NCBI RefSeq assembly: GCF_001194135.2 | Contig: NC_068984.1 | Coordinates: forward strand, 87,602,424 to 87,665,001 | Direction of reading: 5' to 3' | Length of the DNA stretch: 62,578 nucleotides | Source of the DNA: Octopus bimaculoides | Lineage: Eukaryota | Shown: piece after piece, positions 37,020 through 50,227 of the stretch | How positions within the stretch are numbered: position 1 is the stretch's first letter | Layout of the letters: each line of letters begins with the position of its first letter | Translations under genes and position numbers: made by a program | The notes under the pieces: model-generated | Told to the model about the DNA's origin: nothing | What the model saw: the letters and a program-made list of their open reading frames with translations, nothing else | The model's database searches: none

Positions 37020-37580
37020 TGTCAGTTAGACACGTGAGGATTAATTGACCCAAAAGGACAAAATGCAAAGCCGATTCCAGTGGGATTTGAACTTTGAAAG
37101 AGGGAGCAACATATTCCGAAAAATACCCACCAACTCCCTTCTTTACATTTTAGTACTGTTAATACATTAAGGACGGTGGATGGTAGAATCAGTAGAATCC
37201 CAAACAAAAATGTCTTCCAATATTTGAACAGGGCCAGAGCTGGCAGAATCGTTAGTCGGTCTTTCCGTTCTGCGTTCGAATTCCGTCGAGATTGACTTTG
37301 CCTTTCAACTTTTATGAGTCGATGAGATAAGTATCAGTTAAGCACTGGGATCAATGTTATTGACTTAACTCCTTCCACAGAAATTACTGGGGCTGTGTGA
37401 AAATTTGAAACCAATATTTGAACAGGTCTTCAAGATCAACTCCCAGAAGTGTTGACTTCGCTTTTCATCTCTCTAGGGTAGGTAAAACATGTTCCAGTAA
37501 TGGAGTGGAGTCGACTAGATCGAATGAGCTCCCCTCTCTATAAATGCATGTCTTGGCACTAATGTAAGAAATCAATATTG
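37020..37580. mobile_element. Cluster of degenerate SINE family B copies in both orientations
   Basis: Minus copy at about 37020-37205, plus copy starting GAGCTGGCAGAATCGTTAG near 37237, and a third core near 37455. Confidence 0.65.
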
Positions 37581-37949
37581 ATTTGACATTGTTAATTTAG
37601 AAAACATAAAGCTGTTGAATGCAAGTAATGAACGTAAACCTTGAGATGGACGAAGTTTTTAATAATAATCATTATTCCTAGGTTTGTCCTATTTAAAGAA
37701 ATTACAGTGTTATTAAATTCATATTAGAGATTCCAATGCTTTTAGCATTGGAAATTTTGATATCAATTCCTGTCAAAGGATCGATAATGTACGAGCGATT
37801 TGTTTGTGTCGAGTTAAGTGACTTCCTACAGAAAGGGCTTGTGTTTAAAGGATTGTTGCTGCATAGTCGCAGGTCCGTCCTGACTAAGTAGATGCGTTCC
37901 AGCTGTGATTATCACTTCTTTTATTCAGTCATGGTATTTATGATACCAT

Positions 37950-38935
37950 GTTATTCAAATGTAGTCATAAATATCAACTTGTTTATGACAGTAAGTGGAA
38001 TTGAAAGGAAATTTGGTTATTACAAGCAGGTCTGCATCCTCTATATCAGGCCTAAGATGAGTTTACACGAGTTCTATGCATAGGGTTTGATTGCAAGCAG
38101 CAAAGTCTCTCGAGAAAAACATTTTGCTTTTGCGATGCAACAGGCCTCCAATATTTAGTAAAAATATTGGCGTAACGACTGTGCAGGTGTTAGAGGAGGC
38201 TATCCCATGTCTGTTGATTGTGGTGGTCTTGTGCAGTGGTGTGCAAGGTTCTGTGTTTGCGCTTGATGTTGCCAGGTCATCTGCTGCAGAATCCTTTACG
38301 CCATGCACAAAAAAGATACTTGCTCAGCTGCAGTCTTGCGCATAACATCTGAAGAGCGCACTGCATTTGCATACTTTCTCTTTCGAGACAACTGGTATCT
38401 TTCCTCGGGGAAGTATTTCTCCTTAAGGCCCCTGCACTTTTGGCGGGTCTCGAGTGAACAAACCGGCAGTTTGTACCGTCTTCCCCATAGCAACGTTTGT
38501 CTTGCAGTGCTTGCATGTCCATGTCTTCACTCCGAATATATTCTCCCCTCTAAATTTCGGATACTATTGGAGCCTCCATATTTGAGTTACATTTTCGTTT
38601 GGTAGTTTGAGGTTTCGGTTTTAGTTGTTTCATCTTTCCCTTTCTCACCTCTTCTTTGTGCTCGTGGTCTTTCCTTCCTTTACAAGAGGTAGCACTTGCA
38701 ATCGTCTGGTTGTCCATAGGGATGAAGGCTCCATTCTTTTATGGGACAACCGGCACAGAGGGACGTCCGGTTGTTGATTCTCCATCTTCCCTATCCTTAT
38801 CAGTTTGGTTATTCACAGGAATGGGGGATCCATTCTTTTGTGGGACCACCGGATCAGAGGGGCTTCTGGTTTTGGCTTCATCTTCCCTATAGTTATCAGC
38901 TTTGCCACTGTTATTTTTCATGATGACATAAAGCG
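37950..38935 (-). mobile_element. LINE fragment: Cys/His-rich ORF1 3' part plus APE endonuclease N-terminus
   Basis: The minus strand gives IFLLNIGGL...CIELV*THLRPDIEDAD (EN-type N-terminal and (T)ETHL motifs), preceded by frameshifted C..G.NC.FVH.RP zinc-finger-like segments. It contains a diverged about 97-bp tandem duplication near 38718-38910. Confidence 0.55.
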
Positions 38936-39165
38936 TACCAATGTATGGTATATTTTTATCTTTTTATTTATTTTTATTTTTTTTAAAGTTTCGGCTTAGA
39001 GCTGAGGCCATATCAGTGGCGTGCTGTAGAGACACGTTAATCATGCACTGCATGTCCGTTGATTTTTATGTAAGTCAAAAATCAATTTAAGACGGTAATG
39101 TATTTATAAAAACTTGGAGTGAACTGAAGGACCTGCAAATTTCACCTGCAAGGTCCAAGAAACTG

Positions 39166-39375
39166 CAAAAACTACCGGTTTGTTCACCCGAAATCGCACA
39201 AAAACTACAGGGTATTGAATGAGAAATATATATCTCAGAAAGGGAATCAATCACCGCCAAACATAAACATACAAATGCAGTCCGCTCTTCACATATGCGC
39301 GAGGCAGCAGCTGAGCATTAATCTTGTGCATGGCACAAAAGATTTGCAGCAGCTGAGCTGGCTACAGCGGCTGAC
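39166..39375 (+). mobile_element. Diverged inverted paralogue of the LINE ORF1 segment at about 38270-38470
   Basis: AAACT(A/G)CCGGTTTGTTCAC, CAAATGCAGT(C/G)CGCTCTTCA, TGTGCATGGC and GCAGCAG(C/A)TGA are shared in opposite orientation. Confidence 0.65.
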
Positions 39376-41916
39376 GTTCTTATATATAAATAACATATAT
39401 ATATATATATATGTTATNNNNNNNNNNNNNNNNNNNNNNNNNNNNNNNNNNNNNNNNNNNNNNNNNNNNNNNNNNNNNNNNNNNNNNNNNNNNNNNNNNN
39501 NNNNNNNNNNNNNNNNNGGGTGTGGGCCTGTAGCCTGGGAAGGGGAAAAGCAGTGTCGTGTACCTGTATATATATAATTTATATATATATATATGTATAT
39601 ATATAGATAGATAGGTAGAATTTCTCACCTTGTCATTTTTTACAGAAAAGATGGATATTTTAGCTGTTACTGGGATAATATACAAATTCTTGAATTTCGA
39701 TTCAGTTCATTTGTAGTTGCTCTTTATTACACTTCCATCATTTGTTGTACAACTATAGCTGATTTTCACATTGTTCCTTTTAAAAAACTTATAATTCATG
39801 TTGCTTTCACAAAATTTATTTTGAAAAGGGCTATTTAATGTTTTGTTCTAATCAAGTTTTGCTACTGAAAAGTTGAAAAACCTGGAAGTGTCCCATTATA
39901 TCATATTTGAAGTGTGGTTAGAATTTTTATTCACATGAGCTCATTTGGATTCCTATATGTTTAGTATTTTCTGGCTTAACTTGTAAATTGATGTAGTCTT
40001 GTAGGTCCAGATATATCATATTTTTGTCTAAGAGCCATACTGTGTATCCATCATGTAGTTGTTAATCACATAGAGAACAATGAGCTAATAAGGAAATCTT
40101 TACCTGCTGATTAAAAAAGTGACCAGGACAGAGCTAATGAAAGAGCCTAGAAATAATAGCCAAATCTTCCTTGAACTATACTGGATAACTCAGTACAGTA
40201 AGATTTTATCTTTACTTGTTGATGCTAAAATACTTAGATTCAGAAATGAAATATTCCTTATGTGTAACAAAACTGTTTAATGTTTTCTTGAAAAAGAAAA
40301 AAAACCCAATAGTCACTAAAAATATAAAGATTTTATTGTATCTCTTCAAAATATTGAATAGTGCTTTAGAAAATGGCAGACACAGAATATATCACTTGAA
40401 TGACTGTATATGGTTAGCATAAAAGTTCCAATGTTTGGTATAGCAATGGTCTTGCAATAAGTTAATTGCATAATTTATTATAAATGTAACCTCTTTCATA
40501 GGGATTTAACAATCATAAAATAATTTAATCTCATTCAGGTTAAGGCCTTCATATGCCAGATTATTCATAATGATACCTTTCAGCATATCAAGAGTTTCAA
40601 ATTTTACATTCATCAAGTGTCTTTTTGTTTGGCTGGTTGCCTTTGTTTTAAAGTATTTCTTGGCTAATCAGTTCCAGTCTGCATGTAATCCCATAAACTG
40701 TTAGCTTGTTACATTGATTTTTATAAAAATCATTTATGTGGGGGGGTTTTATGTTAATGATTGATAGAATTCTAAAAGGTCATGTTTATTGAGACTAATT
40801 CTATCAGATAATTTTATAGGGATATGTTATATTTCTCCCCATTGCTGCTTGTAGAACATAAAAGGTAAAATAAGCACTTGAAGTTTTTTGTGTTTCAGCC
40901 AATTTAGTGGTTTTTCTTGGCAGACTTTCTATAACTTAATGAAGTATAGCCTCCAAAAGCCCCAAAGGATTTTATTTTTTAAAAGATATTTTTGCTGAAT
41001 ACAATAAAGGGTTTTTTTTTTGTTCTTTACAATGTTATTAGTAGGTTTCTTGACTGCAACTGCAGACTACTCTTGAAACTTCATTCTTTACTAACAGTTG
41101 AACTTCTGCAAAATTTAAGATATTGTTTGCTTGAAAGGAATAATTAAAATTTTTTCATATTCACAAAGTAATTACCACCAATCAAGAGAACCAAGATGTT
41201 AGTTTGTTGATATCTTCTGGGAATATGCCAGTGCCATCATTATAACATATGCCAGTGCTGTCATCATAAAAAGTCTACAATATTTCCATGCGGCATATTA
41301 GTTATAAATGGAGTAAACAGTTTTATGTGATGAGTGATATAATTCATTATTTCTTCCACACAAAAGCAAATGTCTTGGTTACACTAGATGCTAATGCTCT
41401 TTTTACAAATGATTCTTTCTAACTATAGAGTTTGAAGTTTTTGTAATAATTTCTTAGTGGAAGTGTATTGAATGCTATGGACTAGTTTGCATATATAACA
41501 TGTGTTTTGTGTCACTAATTTCACTGCAAGTTGTGTATAAGAAATCCATGCTATACTTTATGTACAACACTTTGTGTCAGACAACAGAATGGATATTTTC
41601 TCATGGGAGATTTTGATCCCTTCTTGTGGAAATTGCAAAACTGGATATATTTTCCCTTTCAAGTAAAACAGCTTTTTTCTGATTTATTATGTAGGATAAA
41701 CTTAATCTCAGATTTGAAATCAGAACATATAGTACTATAAATACATACTGCAATGCATTTTCTCCAATTCTCTAATAATTCTGACAAACCACCTCTTTTC
41801 TTCATTTTAACATATAGAATTTAATTTTTTAGACTCCTTATTTTAAAGTAGTATTTCCAACTACATAATTTGTATTTGTTTTTGAATGACGATATATATA
41901 TATATATATATATATA

Positions 41917-42365
41917 TACTAGCAGAGAAACCTAGCCTTGCTCTTGATTAAAATAGTTTATAACCCAATTTCATTTGAGTCTACGCAGGCCACATTTTAA
42001 AAGATGAGGAATTTTGCCCTAGAGGCTTTGCCTTTCAATTGAGCAAACTCAAAGTTGCCATGCAAACTCGCCAGCACTTTTGACATAGGTGTGCAAATTT
42101 TCAGCTCAATACTAACACTTTTGCCTGCACAACTGCTTGTGAGACAACGTCCGTCCTTTTCACAAATATGTAGTAGACATACAGAGATAGCTGGCCTTGC
42201 TCGGAATTAAAATGGCATAATTTTTCATTGTTTTACTTGTTTGGTTATTATAACCTGATTTCATTCGGGTCTACTCGAGTCACATTTTAAAAGATGAGGA
42301 ATTTTGCCCTAGAGGCATGCAAACTCGCCAGCACTTTTTAACATAGGTGTCCATGTTTTCAGTTC
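41917..42365 (+). mobile_element. Helitron/DINE-like non-autonomous repeat with an internal direct duplication
   Basis: Starts TACTAGCAGAGAAACCTAGCCTTGCTC after (TA)n. CACATTTTAAAAGATGAGGAATTTTGCCCTAGAGGC occurs twice, near 41992 and 42282. Confidence 0.4.
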
Positions 42366-42498
42366 AATCCAACGACATATGCGCACATTATATATATACA
42401 TATGCATTAAATATATATGTTCATTAAATATATATATGTTCACATATACACATTATATATATATATATATATAACATATATATAACATATATATAACA

Positions 42499-43105
42499 AG
42501 TGAGACCTAAATCCAAGGCCTCTGCCAGGGGTGTAGCCAGCCCACTTATGCGTACCTTTCCTTCATTGGACACTAAACTCCNNNNNNNNNNCCTTTCCTT
42601 CATTGGACACTAAACTCCGCTTGCGAAGACCTGTTGAAGCAAGTGAAATCGAAATCGAACTAAATTCGACGACTGGCATCCATGCCAACGTCGTCTCCTT
42701 CGTTTGACACGAAACTCGGCTTGTGAAGACCTGTTGAGGCAAGCGAAAGCGAAATCGTGATGGCACCTGTGCCCAGCGTCGCCTTTCTGGCACTTGTGCT
42801 CGTGGCATGTGTAAGGACTTTCGAGTGAGATCGTTGCCAGTGTCCCTGGACTGGCTCTTGTGCGGGTGGCACATAAAATACACCATTTTGAACGTGGCCG
42901 TTACCAGTACCGCCTGACTGGCCTTCGTGCCGGTGGCACATAAATACACCCACTACACTCTCGGAGTGGTTGGCGTTAGGAAGGGCATCCAGCTGTAGAA
43001 ACTCTGCCAAATCAGATTGGAGCCTGGTGTAGCCATCTGGTTCACCAGTCAAATCGTCCAGCCCATGCTAGCATGGTAAGCGGACGTTAAACAATGATGA
43101 TGATA
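42499..43105 (+). mobile_element. RTE 3'-end copy (same family as 693-1380)
   Basis: Shares the hairpin-unit array, GGCGTTAGGAAGGGCATCCAGCTGTAG and the end AAGCGGACGTTAAACAATGATGATGAT. Confidence 0.85.
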
Positions 43106-43208
43106 TAACATATATGTACGCATTATATATACATATGTATACACATTATATATATACACATATATATAAATATAGATATATACACTTTATATATATATAT
43201 ATACACAC

Positions 43209-43276
<68 letters not shown>

Positions 43277-44364
43277 TTATGTATATATAAATTATTTATA
43301 TATACACACATATATATAAATTACACAATAAATATCTGATCAATAATATCTGTTATCATGACTGTATGGTGGTAGTGGGTAATAATAATTCACCATTCTA
43401 GAAGACCTGTGGTGGGAGGATTGTGTGGTGGTGGGTGATAATAATTCACCGTTGTAAAATACCTGTAGCGAGAATATTTAAACCTTGGCAGCTGTCAATG
43501 CTTTCTCTCTATAGATACAAATAGACATACAGAGAGAGAGAGAGAGAGAGAGAGGTGGTGGGAGAAAGAGTGACAGAGAGATGGCGAAGCTGGAGAGGGA
43601 AAGAGAGTGGAAGCTGTCAAACGTCATTATAGAGAGAAAGTGGAAGGAAGGGAGGAAAGAGAGACCGAGGAAGACAGGGTGATATCCAAAAGAGAGAAAC
43701 GACAGACACTTGTCAAAGTCTGAGTTTTGTTGCCCTAGTAACCACAGCTTTTGAGATGGAGATTTCTAACATAGTCCAGTCACTTTCTCGTCTCATTTTA
43801 CATGTCCCTGTAAATTTTCACCACACTCCAAGCACGCCTGCTGCCATTGAACCCTGCATAACCACTAAATAAGACATGCAAACATACAACTTTCGGCCAT
43901 TTCACTTTTATATATAGATCGTCGTCGTCGTCGTTTAACGTCCGCTTTCCATGCTAGCATGGGTTAGAGCATAGAAACCTAGTTGACAACAATGTATATA
44001 GTTCTGAATGTGAATTTTGAAAAGGTTGTTTCACATTTCATTGTTGGAATTCAAACTTTCAATAAAATACTTCAAGTGTTTAGGTATGCAACTTCACAAC
44101 TATTATTCCCTAAGGGATTATGTAGTCATTTGATTCAAGTAAAATCAAAAATGATGAACAAAAATGCATTTCAAGTGATAGCAATATCTTCTTTCAATGA
44201 TAAAAAAAAACCCCATTTAATAGGTAATTAGAAAAAAACTGCAAGTAACTCTTTAAGATATCAATGAAATGAGTGATATAAAGAATGAAAAAGCATAGAT
44301 GAAAATATTCATAAATTTTACACTCTTCCCATCTTTTTTCAGCCTCATCATTTAAATCCTCAAA

Positions 44365-44601
44365 ATGCCTAAGCACCAAATTGTTGACCTTGAAAGCCTT
44401 GTTAAAGAACGCATAAAGAAATTTCCATTTGACAAAAAGGAACAAGATAATATGGATAAAATTTCGTCCAATGACATAAATTGGAAAAATCTTGCTGTGT
44501 TCCATGGCGAAACAAAATATGATGATACAACTTCCTTTAAAAAGCCTAATTCTCATATATTATTTACAGCAAATTTTGAGAATAGAACCGATCATGTACA
44601 G
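44365..44601 (+). CDS. Coding exon 1 (79 aa) of an aerolysin/ETX-MTX2-like (LIN-24-like) putative pore-forming protein
   Basis: Acceptor TTTTTTCAG at 44342, ATG at 44365 and donor CAG|GTGAGT at 44601/44602 (phase 0). Reads MPKHQIVDLESLV...INWKNL...HGETKY...SHILFTANFENRTDHVQ. Confidence 0.85.
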
Positions 44602-45689
44602 GTGAGTTACTTTCTTTTTTTTTAAAGATTTTTATCATTTTCAAGATATTTACTAAATTCTTAGAAGCCTTATTTTTAGCTGCTTTTCAAAATCTTTTGG
44701 TATTTTTAAATGATTCTTAAAAGCAGAAAAATTATTATTGGAATTCACTAGAGATGTGGTGAGTTAAATAATTTCGTCAGTCCTAAATTATTAAATAGTT
44801 ATTATTTTATTTTTATCAAATATAATCTTCAAAGCTTAAGGTATATCTGCATCTGTAGAAGTTTAAAAAAAAAAGATATGAGGTAAAGACATATCTATGA
44901 GGAAGATTAAAATTCAGTACTTCAAATAAAGTTTATTATTGAAAAATACTTTGTTTGATTCCATTGTAATTCATTTTGATCTTTATTTTTTGCCCACAAT
45001 CTTTTAATATTCTTTTATTCAGTTATTACATACAACTCCTACATAACATTCACAACACATGTAGAACACTTAATAAAGGAGGTAAAATGTCAAACACATA
45101 CTTAGAGTATTCCCAGATGCCAGATTTGGCCAACAAAACCAATAATGTACAATGTATTAGATCAATTGGGAATTACTCTACCCCAGCTTGAGTTCTTGAA
45201 TAAATTAATAAGAGCACAAAACAATGTGCTTCACATCATCATGGGCTGCACACAAGTTACACCTATAGAAATACTACACAATGTGATACAAGTATGAGTA
45301 AAAAAAGATTCTTTAAGGATGCAAAGAGCACAGTTTGTTGCTACACCAAGCTCCAGTGCTAATGGTTTCTATCTCTACATTCACAATTACTCCCAATCAG
45401 AAACATATGCAACACATCTTCTGTATTATCCTCAACAGTATTTCACAACTATCTTAATGCATTATCACTATTTAGCTCACTCAAATATAAAAGATAGATA
45501 CACAAAGAAATAAAGGTGTCATTATTATTAGAGTCCATGCTGAGACACACATCACCAATGATAAGCATGGAGAAATAGCAACTGTTATGATCTGACTGAG
45601 TGCATATCTACTGTGGCCAGCACCAGATTTAGCAGGCATACAGAAATAGTGGACAGTACTGAGAATTCTGTTGCACTATTGTCTCATAT

Positions 45690-45870
45690 GAGTAACCATG
45701 GGCTGTTGAAGGTAGTGAACTGGAATAGTTCTGAGAGTATCAGATTGAATGCCACATGGTGTTTTATCTGACTCTGTATACTCTGAGTACAAATTCCACC
45801 AAGGTCAAGTTTGCATTTTGTCCTCTGGGTGTCAGTAAAAAGTACCAATCCAGACTGGATTATTAGAACT
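45690..45870 (-). mobile_element. SINE family B, CpG-decayed
   Basis: CTGAGTACAAATTCCACCAAGGTCAAGTTTGCATTTTGTCC core with a diverged head region; orientation is uncertain because of decay. Confidence 0.4.
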
Positions 45871-46270
45871 AGTAAGAGTGTTAGACCAGATACTAGCAAT
45901 ATACATTTCAAGTTTGCATTCTAACAGAAATCAACCTGTCTCTTGGACATCATTACCTGTCTCTTGGACATCATCAATGTATGAAATGGAGAGATTTCTA
46001 TGCTACACTTCTTCAAAACTCTTTACATAGACTTATATTTTCAGATGCAAAAGCCCATGATATCAGCCATGACTGAAAAAAGTCCTAGAATGGGATAGGC
46101 AATATTCTTTAGCTTAATGAAATCATGATGTATTTGAAATAATAGATCTATGGATTTCACAATCATTTGTCTGACAGTCTGCGTACCACATAATAATAAT
46201 GCTGATATTTACATTTCCCTTCATTATTTGTGAGTGATATTTTTGACAGTAATTTTTTTCATAATTTTAG

Positions 46271-46480
46271 AAACATTCACTGAAGACTGAGCGAAGAACC
46301 AAATCTACATGTACCTTAAAAACAGAGAGAGGGTATAGTATTGGAAGCTCATTTCAACTTAAATTAGTGCCACCCAATCCAGTCATTGATGCTAATGCTG
46401 GATTCCATGGATCTCTAAATGTTTCAAAGATGGATGAAGAAACATTTGAAGAAGAATTAGTATGGTCAGTGGATAGCCAA
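46271..46480 (+). CDS. Coding exon 2 (70 aa) of the aerolysin/ETX-MTX2-like protein; absent from the ORF track
   Basis: TTTTAG|AAA acceptor and CAA|GTAAGT donor; 210 nt open. Reads KHSLKTERRTKSTCTLKTERGYSIGSSFQLKLVPPNPVIDANAGFHGSLNVSKMDEETFEEELVWSVDSQ. Confidence 0.88.
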
Positions 46481-48549
46481 GTAAGTGATTATTTCAATAT
46501 CGTATATAATTCATGACATAAGCTGTAGCAAAGCCGATAAACTTATCGTAGAACAAGTTTACAGTTTAGGTTTGATTTGTAGTTGTAGCTAATTGTAGTT
46601 CTAATGTCTCTTAGAAAAGCATGAACACTGTATTTCCTATCTCCCACTCTTTGAAATCAATAGGTCTGACTGATCAGCTCTTGATTGATCTTTTAGTTGT
46701 GAAAGTTTAAGCAATTAATTTTATTTATCATATTAGCTCAAGAAATCACACTGTTTTTATGTCATTCATATTTTGATCATAAATATTAAAAAAGGAGAAA
46801 ACTTAAATGTATTCTTATTTCCCATCTATCAATAAAACCTTCTCCTCCTTATCTCTCAATATAACCATTCTTTCTCCAGATGAATATCTCATTAAAATTT
46901 TTGTAGCATCACCATTAAAGTACAAAACATAAAATAAATATGATTATATATATATATAAAGGGAAAAGACATCTAAAAGTAAAGTAACAATGACATATTA
47001 CTGGTTATAAGCTTAAAATCAAATACTGATTTCAGTATCCCAGGCTACACCTATTTGCATCTTGCCATCTGCAGTATTGTTCTTCACCTCAGATCTCTTG
47101 TTGCTAATTTGCATCATAAACAACAATTAACTTTCCAGCTTGACACAGCCCATCCACCTGGGATTAATAAAAAAATGTTGCTTTCTTCTAATAATTCTGC
47201 CTTAACTATTAATGCCCCTTAAATATCCTCATGTGCATTTCAAATCCAACTTCACACTCATACACTGTTATGCCATGCTTGTACTGTCCACACAGTAGTA
47301 TGTTAACCCTACCTCAATTCAACATGCTTCCATTTCCCTATACACACACATATACATACTTCCTTACATATATATGATATGCTCTCACACTCCTTAAACC
47401 CTAGTGAAGCTCTTTAATTATCTTCTATTGTCACAGTTTTAGCAGTAAAAGACCAGTCAACATCTCTCTACTCTGCCTCCTGCCATTCATTTGTTTTCCA
47501 TGCAACCTTAGCTATAAACAACGTTGCTTTTCACATAACATTCTTCTTTTCCTTTCATTTCCTCTCTTTTGGTTTTTGGTGAAGGTATACTGTCCATAAC
47601 ATTGATTTCTCTTCTGTTCCTTCCTTTTGGATAATTATATACTCATTTGTTGCTTTGTTGTATTTCATTTTTATTGAGTCCCTTTGAATATTCCATCATT
47701 ATGCTGATGCTGAACATATGGATTACCACAAGATTTACACAGATAACAAAAGAATTCTTTAGTTTCGGTTTAACCAATTCTAGGGGGTTCAAAACAACAC
47801 TGTAATTGTTGATTTTGAACACTATTCCTATAACATTGTGGTAACATCCTTTATACACAACAAACTTTACTCTTTTATTCTTTAAGAGAGAAATAATTTT
47901 CCAATTATTAACAACAATGTAATTTGCCTCTACTGCTTCTCTTTCTCAAACATGCAACCCAACACAGAGGTAAAGCAGAATGAACATAAATTTAATCATC
48001 TTTCTGTAAAAAAATGCAAATAGAGATACCATCTTTCAAAAAAAAAAAAAAACTGAAATGATTTTGGTAATAGTATGTTTTCTCAAACCAAAAGTAGATA
48101 CAAATGCACATGCATGCACACATACATGCATGCATAAGTGTTCTTAACCTATTGATTTGAAGATAACTCCTGATGGCATTCAGGGTGAAACATTATATGG
48201 GGTCTTTGAGAAAGGATACAGAGAAAATATTTCCTGTTGCTAAAAGAAGTGGTATTTATATATGACAGCAGGATGGCTTGAGTTAGTCTGTTGGAATGAT
48301 AGGAGAGTTCAGACATGCATTAATCTCATTGTTGATGTATGCAAGAAATAAAAATATAAAAATCCTAAGATGAAACATAGAGGATACCTATTTCCTATTT
48401 GAACATAAAACACATGAAGTAAAACACCCGTGCATCATTCTTTTTACTGTTATGATTCACATAACCACACGTGCACAACTGCATGTATATGCATATTTGC
48501 ACATATACAGCCAGAAAAGTATGTGTGTGTGTATAAATGCACACACACA

Positions 48550-48591
<42 letters not shown>

Positions 48592-49191
48592 TACATATGC
48601 AAAGTGGGAGCAGATTTACTCCATTTAACATGACCCCATTTAATATATCACACACTAGCTTTTGTGCATCCCTTGGAGACTGTACAGAAAGTCAAGAACA
48701 ACACCATTCTGCTTCTGACTAAGCTGTAATAAAAAGAGATGTATAGATACTGATAGCTGTATGTATGTGCATGCGTGTGGGTGTGTATATATGTGTGTCT
48801 GAGTGTGCATGTGCACATGCGTGAGTGCATTTAGAAACTAAAGGCCGGCATTTAAAATTGCAGATAAATTGATTTTATTTATCTTTGAGAGCTTAATGTT
48901 GACTAGTCTATATTTCACAGTTACATGTTATTAATACACATACACACAGAGAAACACATGGTTTGGCAGTTGCTTGGATTTTGAAAACCAAAAACCCTGC
49001 TGCTGTGTGGATCAAAGAACATGGTCTTTTTGCAATAGGATCAAAGCTGCTCAGTTCTATTGGAGGGTGTCATACTGTTAGAAGATACCAAACATACTGT
49101 GATCTCCATGATCACAATGGGTTTAGCATACGAAGGGAATATTTTGCTCCGCAAACAATTTTTAAGAGATATGGGAAGTAGACGTTAAATG

Positions 49192-49229
<38 letters not shown>

Positions 49230-50227
49230 NNNNNNNNNNNNNNNNNNNNNNNNNNNNNNNNNNNNNNNNNNNNNNNNNNNNNNNNNNNNNNNNNNNNNNN
49301 NNNNNNNNNNNNNNNNNNNNNNNNNNNNNNNNNNNNNNNNNNNNNNNNNNNNNNNNNNNNNNNNNNNNNNNNNNNNNNNNNNNNNNNNNNNNNNNNNNNN
49401 NNNNNNNNNNNNNNNNNNNNNNNNNNNNNNNNNNNNNNNNNNNNNNNNNNNNNNNNNNNNNNNNNNNNNNNNNNNNNNNNNNNNNNNNNNNNNNNNNNNN
49501 NNNNNNNNNNNNNNNNNNNNNNNNNNNNNNNNNNNNNNNNNNNNNNNNNNNNNNNNNNNNNNNNNNNNNNNNNNNNNNNNNNNNNNNNNNNNNNNNNNNN
49601 NNNNNNNNNNNNNNNNNNNNNNNNNNNNNNNNNNNNNNNNNNNNNNNNNNNNNNNNNNNNNNNNNNNNNNNNNNNNNNNNNNNNNNNNNNNNNNNNNNNN
49701 NNNNNNNNNNNNNNNNNNNNNNNNNNNNNNNNNNNNNNNNNNNNNNNNNNNNNNNNNNNNNNNNNNNNNNNNNNNNNNNNNNNNNNNNNNNNNNNNNNNN
49801 NNNNNNNNNNNNNNNNNNNNNNNNNNNNNNNNNNNNNNNNNNNNNNNNNNNNNNNNNNNNNNNNNNNNNNNNNNNNNNNNNNNNNNNNNNNNNNNNNNNN
49901 NNNNNNNNNNNNNNNNNNNNNNNNNNNNNNNNNNNNNNNNNNNNNNNNNNNNNNNNNNNNNNNNNNNNNNNNNNNNNNNNNNNNNNNNNNNNNNNNNNNN
50001 NNNNNNNNNNNNNNNNNNNNNNNNNNNNNNNNNNNNNNNNNNNNNNNNNNNNNNNNNNNNNNNNNNNNNNNNNNNNNNNNNNNNNNNNNNNNNNNNNNNN
50101 NNNNNNNNNNNNNNNNNNNNNNNNNNNNNNNNNNNNNNNNNNNNNNNNNNNNNNNNNNNNNNNNNNNNNNATATATATATATATATATTTGTGTGTGTGT
50201 ATATATATATGTGTGTGTGTATGTATA

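Noticed and set aside
42554-42618. 27-bp direct repeat around a 10-N gap
   Set aside because: Typical unmerged contig overlap, so an assembly artefact.
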